This document shows positions 55,401-64,000 of a stretch of 64,000 bases of DNA, piece by piece. Positions within the stretch are counted from its first letter, which is position 1, and each line of letters opens with the position of its first letter. The position numbers and the translations under genes were made by a program. The stretch comes from Adineta vaga (Eukaryota > Animalia > Rotifera), in NCBI GenBank assembly GCA_021613535.1, contig CP075497.1, positions 13,578,001-13,642,000 of the forward strand. The letters run 5' to 3'. The notes beneath the pieces are model-generated. The model saw only the letters and a program-made list of their open reading frames with translations. It did not search any database and was not told where the DNA came from.

Positions 55401-58400
55401 TATGACTTGTTGTTTACATCATTCAGCAATATGACAATCATATTTTATCAATGGATTTATGGCTGATTGTCAATTATTGCTTTACATGCAATCAACTTTT
55501 TCCTCCTTGACCTAACCTATCATTATAGCTTCACTAACTCACACTTCAAATCATACTTCAAAATTGTTCTTAACTTATATGTTTTTAAGAGTAATAGGGC
55601 ATATTGCGACGAAAATCTCCTTCTCATTTTGATATTGTCACACAATTTGATGAAATCATAATATTCCAGTATCATGCATTTCTCTTCATCTTCAATACTG
55701 ACTTTACAAAACGATAGAGATCACAATATGGAAGAATTCTCATATTTTTTAGTTGAGACTATTCCACATCATGAATTTCCAATGACATCATCCTCGTAAC
55801 TTTGAACTTATGTCCTTCTCTATATCCATTAGCCATCATTAAAATCTCTTCAAAAAATTTCATATAAACAAAACATACACTCAACAGCTCACCTCTTTCA
55901 ATTCTTTGTCGAAGACACATTACTCTACTCTTATGTTCTCTTATCTTTTCAGGCGAAACACTATTACCACAAACAGCACTACACATATGGAATCATTTGA
56001 AATCAAGCGCTCAAATTTATAACTTATATGGACCAGCAGAATGCACTCTTATCTCCACATTTCATCTCATTACACAAGACGATCTTCATTTACATTCGAT
56101 ACCTATTGGTGGTCCACTTGTTGGATACATGTCATGTTCTCGATACATACCTTCAACCAATTCTTATTCAGTATCATATCGGTGAACTATGGATTGGTGG
56201 CGATGCTGTATTCAGTGGTTATTTACGTCGACCTGATCTTTCAAAACAATCATTAATACATGTTTCTCATACAGAAAGTCTCCTGTATCGTACAGGTGAC
56301 TTAGTACGAATTGAACGTCAGTCAGGTCTACTACTTTACGTCGGACGTCAAGATTTTCAAGTTAAATTGAGAGGACAACGTCTTGAATTGACTAACATCG
56401 AAAGTGTAATTATGCAAATATCAACTCTGGATGCTACGAACTGTGTCGTCATCAAATTTGATCATGCTGATCAAGAACATCTTATTGCATATATTGAAAC
56501 TAGAAGTCAATTGAGTTTCAACATATTACATGATGAATGTGCAAAACACTTGCCACTCTACATGATTCCTTCCTTGTTTATCCCATTGAATAACTTTCCA
56601 TTGAATCAAAACGGAAAATTGAATCGAAAAGCTCTTCCATTACCCGATTTCACTCTTCTATCAACAATTACACATAATAACGATCAACCAAAAACAAATA
56701 TCGAACAATGTATACATTCCATTTGGTGTCACGTTCTTCCACATCTTACATCGATTTCAGTTTCACAAAATTTCTTTTCTTTGGGTGGTAATTCATTATC
56801 TTTGATGAAACTTCATCATTTATATCAAATAGAATTTAAACATAATCTCAATATGAGTGAACTTTTTCGTTATCCTACTATTCGTGATCATGCTCGATTA
56901 TTTCTCGAACAAAAACATTCATCTTTAACAGATAACATACAATGGCAATCGCTTCATCTCAATGAAGGTAATTCAAAAATATGAAAAAGAAAAACTAATC
57001 TTCTTTCTGTTGATATTCTCATAGGTCCTGCATCATTTGCTCAAACACGTATCTATCTAGACGAACAAATTCATTTTGCATCTTCATCAACAGCTATCTA
57101 TCATATTCCTATTATTCTCGAAATCACTCAAACATCAATGTCATTATCAAGACTTCAACGAGCTCTTTTGGTTCTTATGAATAAACATAAAATACTTCGT
57201 ACTCGTGTTGTATTTGATGAGAATGAACATCATCTTAGACAAGAAATTCTTCCATTTTCATCCATTTCAATGATTGATACAACAATTTCTCATGAAGAAC
57301 ATCTTCATCAACTTTGTTATAATGAAGAAACTAATGCAACACTTTTTAATTTAATTCATGGAGATGTATTTCGATGTCATCTTATTCGAAAATCAATTAG
57401 TACAGATAACGATCTTCTCATTCCTGGTAACATTCTTATTTTTAACTTTCATCATGCAGCTTTTGATGGCTCATCCATTGAAATTTTCTTCCATGATTTA
57501 CAACGAGCATACACAATAGATGATCAATTAGAACCTTGTTCACTCGATTATATAGATTATGCAGTCTATGAAAAAGAGATTAATATGAATGAAGCAACAC
57601 AATTTTGGAAAGAACATATGAATGATTTCATTAATAATATTCTTCCATTACCATATGATCGAATACCACATGATAATAATACTCGTTCTGGTCATGGCAT
57701 AACAATGAGTTTTGGTTTGTCCCAAGATATTGTCGATCAAATGCTCACTTACATGATTGAAAATGATGTTACTCTCTTTCAACTTGGTTTCGCTATTTTC
57801 TATACTTATCTATTTAAACTTACTCAACAAACAGATTTATGTGTTCTTACCGTTAATGCTAATCGTCATCGACCAGAATTACAAGATATTATTGGTTTTT
57901 TTGTCAATACATTGCCTTATCGTCTATCAATTGATGGTTACTTAAGCTTTCTTCATCTTGTTCGACGTGTGAAAGAACTTGCTCTTACTACATTGCCACA
58001 TACACATCTCCATTATCAAGACATTATTTCAAATATGACAATGAATACTTTGCAAACAATGTTTCTTATTGAAACTGAACATGACAATGTGGTTACTCTT
58101 GATTCTCATACTAATCTTCGTCCATTAACTTTTCTCACTACTGATCCACAAACTATTGCTAAATTCGATTTCACTTGCTCTCTTTATTTACAATCTCAAA
58201 TGCGTTCCATAACTGTAACATTCAATGTTTCGAACGATCTCTTCGATATGAATACAACAGTTCTCATGATTAATCGTTTTAAATGTCTTTTCAATCAACT
58301 TTTCTCATCATCATCACCATCATTCTTATTTCTTTCGCAATATTCATTACTTCTATCATATGAAATCGAGTTGTTTCATCAATTAAATAATGAAAATTCA

Positions 58401-61400
58401 CTATGTTTATCAAATTCATGGCCTATTCATCATCGATTTGTATATCAAGTTGACAAACATCCACAAAAAATTGCACTCATACTCGATGATCAATATTTGA
58501 CTTATGCTGAATTATTGAGTAGATCACAATTGTTAGCTTTGTATTTAATTGAATATTATCATGTACAATCTGGTGATGTTATTGGTGTTTGTATCGATAG
58601 AAGTATTGAAATGGTAAGTCATTGATGACAATATTGATTTTGATTTTTCTTTTTTCTATAGATTATTAGTATAATATCGATTCTAATGTGTGATGCTTGC
58701 TACTGTCCATTATCACCTGATCAATCTGCATCTAGACTTAATACACTAATTGAACAATTAGAACCAAGATGTGTTCTTATTCGTATGCAAACAGATACAT
58801 TTATTTCATCGAAGAATATCAATATTGAACAAGTACTATTGTTATCAAATTTGTGTGAATGGAAAGAAGATGATATTCGTGGAGATATGAAATCATTAGC
58901 TTATATGATATTTACAAGTGGCTCAACGAGTATTAAAATTGTACCGATTAGTCATAAAAATTTTGATATCTGTATGAATGCACTTGTTCATTCTGGAATA
59001 ATGATGAATAGTGATATTGTACTACAAACAACTCCATCTTCATTTGATATTCATATGCAAGAAATTTTGGGTACACTATGGCTTGGTGGATGTCTATGTT
59101 TACTTCACTCAAAAGGAAATCTTGACATGAACTATTGGATATCGGTGGTACAACGACAAGAGATTAGTTTTATTATAAGTGTGCCCACTTTCTTCACTTC
59201 ACTTATTCAATATATAGAGAAATCAGCTGATTTACATCAAGCATTATCAAGTGTTCATCGATTATGTTCAATAGGTAAGTTCTTTCTTTTCATATAAAGA
59301 TTTATTTGTGCTATGGTATGTTCGGAATAAAAAGATTCAGTAGATAAGCTCTTCATACCATATTTGTCATGTCATGTCTTAGTTATGAAGGGAATTAGAA
59401 TGGAGTTTGTCGTAGGAACTGTTCGTTAATGTTTCAGTTTTTGGGGACAATAGTGAGGATTTCGAGCATAGGCGATTGTGATCACAATAGAGTTGATTAG
59501 TTTTTCGAATTAATTAAAATCAGAATCGATCTGAATCTAGAAGTTTCGGTCCGAGTGGTGTTATGGAAGATGAAAAATAGCGATGACTTCTACGGCTTTT
59601 TAAAACGTTACAGTTATTTTTGGAACTGATTAATTTGCTTTATTACACAACACATTGATTGATTATGTTGTTTCGCATTTTGACTATCTCTGTTAGATGG
59701 ACATACGAACAATATATAGAGTGTACGAGTACACGAATTGCGAGACTTTTTATTTAAAATTATGCTGCCGTTGAATAGCCTCCTACTTATGGTTAAAAAT
59801 AGTTTCAGTTGCAACGGTTCTGATTTCCGTTCAGTTATATCACACTTCATGAATTTAATTGTGTTTCTGAGCTATAATAATGCATGAATTGGGTCTCTAA
59901 TTTAGTCATCAGACCGACTCCTTCAGAATTGTAGGCCTCTAAATCGAAACATTATGTACTAAGGTATAGTGTAACAATTTCATATTTTAAGCTTGTAGAA
60001 TTGAGCCTTTATTCAATAGTTCTTCGTCTTATGTGTAAAAAAAAACATTAGAAAGGGAGAGAAAACGAGAAACAATAACTTTGCGTAGGCATAATATACA
60101 CATGCCAAGATATGACATATAACTTTGCAGTGATACAATTCTGTATAAGAAAGAAAACAGAAGTGATGATAAGGAAAGGATAATACTTGGTGTATAATCA
60201 ATCCATATGAATAATCTCAAGAATAACAAACGGTACAATCTGGCCATTAACTGAGAAGCGACAATGATATAGATGGGATGTTATAGATAAATTGAATTGG
60301 AAGTGTTACATAGCGATAAATCCTAACAAATTCAAATTCATAAGTTCTGATTCATAAATACATAATGCAAAATTTAGGAACTAATAAATGTTTGGATCTA
60401 TTTCACTGCGGAAAGTATGTAGAATCAAGAGTAATTCGAAATGCAATAGACGAAACGAAGAATATTTCGCATTATAGTAATTCCATGATTAATAGTTTCT
60501 TTTATAAATTCTTTAAACTTGCGATCTTAGCAGGCTTTTGGAGAATAATTCACCTTTAAGCATTGCAGAGAATCTAATGGTAAAATAATTTAGATACAAT
60601 ACTACGTAAGGTAGAAAACTACAGTCAAGTATTACTTCTTTCTATTCAACATTCGAGAGAACCTTAGAAAGAGTTCATTATATGAAGATGTCCAAGTATA
60701 AGTAAGTTCTTATTTTGGTTATATATTTTGAATATACGACTTTTGACAACTGGATGAGTCAGATGAGTTGGGTTTAGATCAAATTATCTAGCATAGTTTT
60801 TATAGGTCGGTCCCTTTGCTAGATCTTTCTAACAGATCTCAGGCTAGGAATTAGTCCAGCCCGGTCGCGATCTTAAACCGGCCGGTTTTTACCGTTTTTT
60901 AAAATTGTTTATAAGACAATTATATCATTGTTCTGTAGATGTCACACATTATGATTTACAAAAATGTGATATTAATACCATAAATTTAAGTTAGAAAGAA
61001 GAAAACGACATTGTACGCAGTGGACATATTATTATTAATATTATTATTATTATTAAATCGCTATGATTTAAAAACGTTAGGCTTCAATTTTACTGATTGT
61101 CCATTTCAGCGAATTAAAAGCAATCCGTATGTACTAGGTACTTAGTATTGCAAGAAAATGGATCAGTATCTTAGGTAAATGTTACATTGTCGTTTATATA
61201 GATTTTCTGTAAATTATGGAAAGTGTAGTCTGATATTTGCGTCAGCGTTACGTTTAATACACATTGTCAAATAGTCATCAAAGATTATAAAAGCTTTATC
61301 TAGCCATTTATTATTCTTTTTTCAAACTATTACTTGATTAAACATAAGTTGTAAAAAGATTGTTATGAATTAGAAAATAAACGACTTAAAACCAGTTCGC

Positions 61401-64000
61401 TTTGACTACTTCAATTTCAGAAAATAGCACAAATAAAGACATTTGAGATTTGCCAAAGTTGTTATCTTTTCCGCAAGCTTTCGATACTCATAAACTGTTT
61501 TTATTTCTATTAAACAATGACACATGCTCAATAGTCATCTTCACATATATACGAGTATAAGAGTCAAATCTAAAGAATAATGCCTATTATTGACTGATAT
61601 TTCGTTAAAACGTAATTTGCTCACAATGATAGACATATTGAAACCAATATTGTATCAGTTGAGTTGTCATCAGTTAGACTTTAAAAAATGCTTTCGTCCA
61701 GCTTCTTCCCTGTCAAATCACACTATACAACCTGCCGACTTTTTCCAGGTTTTTACCGTTTCAATCATATATGTAAACCAGTCGATCCAGACTGATTTAA
61801 AAAGCCAAACCGATTTAGCAGGTCGTTCAACAGAAATTCTACCACTTCCAAGTCTGAAAGACTCTAATAATGATATACGTTCATATAAATATGATCTGAT
61901 TATGAACCATGTTATATTAGCTAAATTCTTTCAACAATATATTTGACCAAATAACAATCAATCGCCTATGTTAGAAGAGCAAGCAATAAGATTCGGTTTT
62001 TAAAACATCATACATAACTATTTTGCACCCAACACGATGACTGTTATAGGTGTTGAGTAGGGATGTCACATTACTTTTACTTTTTATTTATTTTGCTCAT
62101 TAATTGATAATAAATTTATTACCATTATTACTTATTGCTTCTCACTAGTAAATACTTTAGTTTTGTTATTTTATTGATATTAGAGTTTCCACTCATTCTT
62201 TGTAGTGCATTTTTCACTAATTTTGTATCGAGTTATTAGTAATTACTTTCAAATCATTATTACTTATTGCCAATAATAAAGTAATAATAAATTTGAAAGT
62301 AATAAGTAATAACGAGTAATAATTATTATTATTATAATACAGTAATAACAATTGTAAAATAGCATCGATAAGAAGAATAGGTAATACATTGACTTCTGAA
62401 TGTTATCTGTGAACCAAATATTATCTTCTAGAACCTCTCACAGATGCTAAGCGCATAAAAAAACAGTGCATTGGAAAATTATATACAATTTTATCTGCTC
62501 ATTTGTTTGGATATAGATGGGTCAGTGACGAATCTAAACTTTTCATGATGAGATTCGTTTTTGCGGGGAATAGAGACGATTCAGATCAAACGATGCGTTT
62601 TGAAATTCATTACAGATAGCCTCGACTCATTTCCCAGCCTTTTTTGCAAGAAGAAGAATAAGAATCTTCAGACTAGTCGCGACCACCCGCAGCATCATCC
62701 CCTAAAATCGCTATTGGACCAAATGTGGATATAGATTGGATAGATGTAAATATAAGAGATGAGTATGCTTTACTCAACAATATATACTCCATCACATGCA
62801 CACTTCCATCCACAACCATACCTATCTTCGTATTCACTCACCCAATCGAAACCACCTATATTCACACCCATTCACATAAATATTGGAATGAATCGTTATG
62901 GGAAAAATAAAATCAAGCCTTTTCATGGTTACTTGTTGCGGATATGAAAATATAATCTATGACATAACGCTGTTTCCGTATATTACTTTATTAGTTTTTT
63001 TAAAGCTTCTACTTATTACTAGTAGTTATTACTGACAATTATTACTTTTATTACTTATTGATTTATTACCTTAGTACTATTTCAGCTTTATTACATTTCC
63101 TAATTATTATTTATTACCAGTAATAAGTAATAACACTTTTAATTATTACTAAGTAATAGTAGTGGTGATAGAACACCCCTAGTGCTAAGATTTTACCTAA
63201 CCTATGCGATTGTTTTTTTTTATCGTATCCAAACATGTTGATGTCATGCTGTCTTATAAGTTTCTATCAACCTTCACAATTTATACGACTTTTGTTTAAC
63301 AAAAGTAGCAAAAAAGAAACGTTTATATCACTTCCGTTCGTCATACATATAAATCATCAGTCATTGTAGCTTACTGAAGAAAAGTTATCTACTCTCCTTG
63401 CTTCGTAAACAAGCAGCTATAAAATATAAATTTTTTCTTCATTACTCATCAGTATATATTTATTCGATTCCCTTTCTAATGCAAAGTATTTCAAATGCCG
63501 GTTCATCCACTACAGTCTTAACCCTCTGGTTCTATAACAGTTACTAGGAGATCTAATGTTTCTCAGACATAGAACTAACAAAATAAAAACAAAAAGTACT
63601 AAGATCGCAAAGTTAGGAACAAAAAATATAAAACATGAAATTCCGTATGTTATCTGAAGAAAGACGGACTGGTGTGACGCAAATTATTTCTTACCATTAT
63701 ATAATGGCTATTTATTTTCCTTCTTTAATTCGCTACTATTAGAACGAGAAAAGTGATAAACATGCGCTTTTTATAAGTTGCTCTTCTATATGCGACCGAC
63801 TATATCCTATCGATCATCCTCTATCGAAGAGCATTTTAATTCGAGAAGATCCTTTCTAGAACAATTAGAACACAAAATCCGATCGGTGCGTTGCAACTGG
63901 AAACTTTTGAGAACCTAACCCAAGGGGGAAAAGCTGATTGCAATGGTTGCCGTTGATTGCTATCCGTTTTCTTTCTATCCGATGACAAGTTCAAGTATTT
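27564..64000 (+). CDS. Multi-exon, multi-module nonribosomal peptide synthetase (starter C plus at least 6 C-A-T modules), 3' end outside window; frame broken at ~30970 and ~56128 as assembled
   Basis: C motifs HHIAFDL, HHIAFDA, HHAAFDG, ASFAQTRIYL; A motifs FTSGSTGxPK, SFD, NxYGPAE, Y(R/K)TGD, GRxDxQVKxRGQRxE, NGKIDRKAL; T motif FFSLGGNSL. Introns 30237-30293, 30597-30656, 31452-31508, 33732-33787, 34808-34864, 36454-36501, 37118-42572, 43590-43646, 45292-45354, 45629-46416, 46760-46815, 47229-47580, 48188-48244, 49834-49881, 50498-55952, 56968-57024, 58614-58661, 59275 to beyond 64000. Confidence 0.9.
31107..31590 (+). repeat. 484-bp A10-T-linker-intron-C1 cassette, five copies
   Basis: Same sequence by eye at 31107-31590, 34463-34946, 43245-43728, 47843-48326 and 56623-57106, including the 57-nt intron. 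Confidence 0.92.
31509..34807 (+). other. NRPS module 2 (type X) C-A-T
   Basis: C HHIAFDA; A with TSGSTGMPK, NLYSPAE, YKTNDL; T GGNSL; one 56-nt intron. Confidence 0.88.
32030..32062 (+). repeat. Coding poly-Ser microsatellite (TCA)4(TCT)7; (TCA)4(TCT)8 in the copy at ~44168-44203
   Basis: Direct reading; offset between the copies changes from 12138 to 12141 across the tract. Confidence 0.85.
38683..39699. mobile_element. Degenerate hAT-like non-autonomous element in the large intron (also 52063-53079, 60840-61856)
   Basis: Imperfect TIR caggctaggaa / ttccaagtctg; subterminal ggtttttaccg motifs near both ends; flanks acagatct / aaagactc(t) match only partly. Confidence 0.5.
39901..41024. 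mobile_element. hAT-like non-autonomous element in the large intron (also 53281-54404, 62058-63181)
   Basis: TIR tagggatgt / acaccccta; 8-bp flanks gtgttgag / gtgctaag (6 of 8); dense subterminal ttattact/agtaataa arrays at both ends. Confidence 0.7.
43647..48187 (+). other. NRPS module 4 (type Z) with chimeric C, A split by four introns, T
   Basis: Exons 43647-45291, 45355-45628, 46417-46759, 46816-47228, 47581-48187 splice in frame and restore SGCVYVP, PKAVQIRH, SAGES, DYQVKLHGQRIELEEIE. Confidence 0.87.
45684..46347. mobile_element. hAT-type MITE inside NRPS intron 45629-46416
   Basis: TIR cagagcccgaaac / gttttgggctcta; perfect 8-bp TSD gttttcat at 45676-45683 and 46348-46355. Confidence 0.88.
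48245..57024 (+). repeat. NRPS module 5 (type Y copy 2), 8780 bp, 2-bp deletion frameshift at ~56128
   Basis: Matches 34865-43646 except differences seen at 52091 (C vs A) and ggatacat vs ggatacacat. Confidence 0.93.
57025..64000 (+). repeat. NRPS module 6 (type Y copy 3), truncated by window end
   Basis: Tandem to copy 2; net 3-nt loss in the A3 P-loop at ~58932 (TSGSTSIK vs TSGSTSTPK); a few +1 homopolymer differences near 63190-63315. Confidence 0.93.

Noticed and set aside
16379-64000. Bacterial contaminant explanation for the PKS/NRPS
   Set aside because: About 20 GT-AG introns restoring conserved motifs, intronic eukaryotic MITEs and linkage to a Helentron show eukaryotic chromosomal DNA.

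Overview
AT-rich eukaryotic DNA with many short (about 48-63 nt) GT-AG introns. The intron style and the bacterial-type NRPS/PKS genes point to a bdelloid rotifer-like animal (inference, not verified). (1) 1-~10 kb: a decayed Helentron/Helitron2 RepHel-endonuclease gene on the minus strand. Just upstream on the same strand is an apparently intact 4-exon cold-shock-domain (Y-box-like) gene that the ORF track does not resolve, followed by a degraded NOF/Foldback-like transposase with a USP-like Cys box. (2) 10.2-11.3 kb: nested MITEs. (3) 16379-25039: an intact 4-exon reducing type I PKS (KS-AT-DH-pseudoMT-ER-KR-ACP-pseudoTE, about 2832 aa). (4) 27564 to beyond 64000: a co-oriented multi-exon NRPS with a starter C domain and at least six C-A-T modules (order S,X,Y,Z,Y,Y). 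All five T-C junctions share one apparently identical 484-bp cassette. The Y module, with its 5.4-kb transposon-filled intron, is present three times nearly identically. One C domain is a three-part chimera, and modules 1, 5 and 6 carry lesions. All alignments and translations were done by eye.
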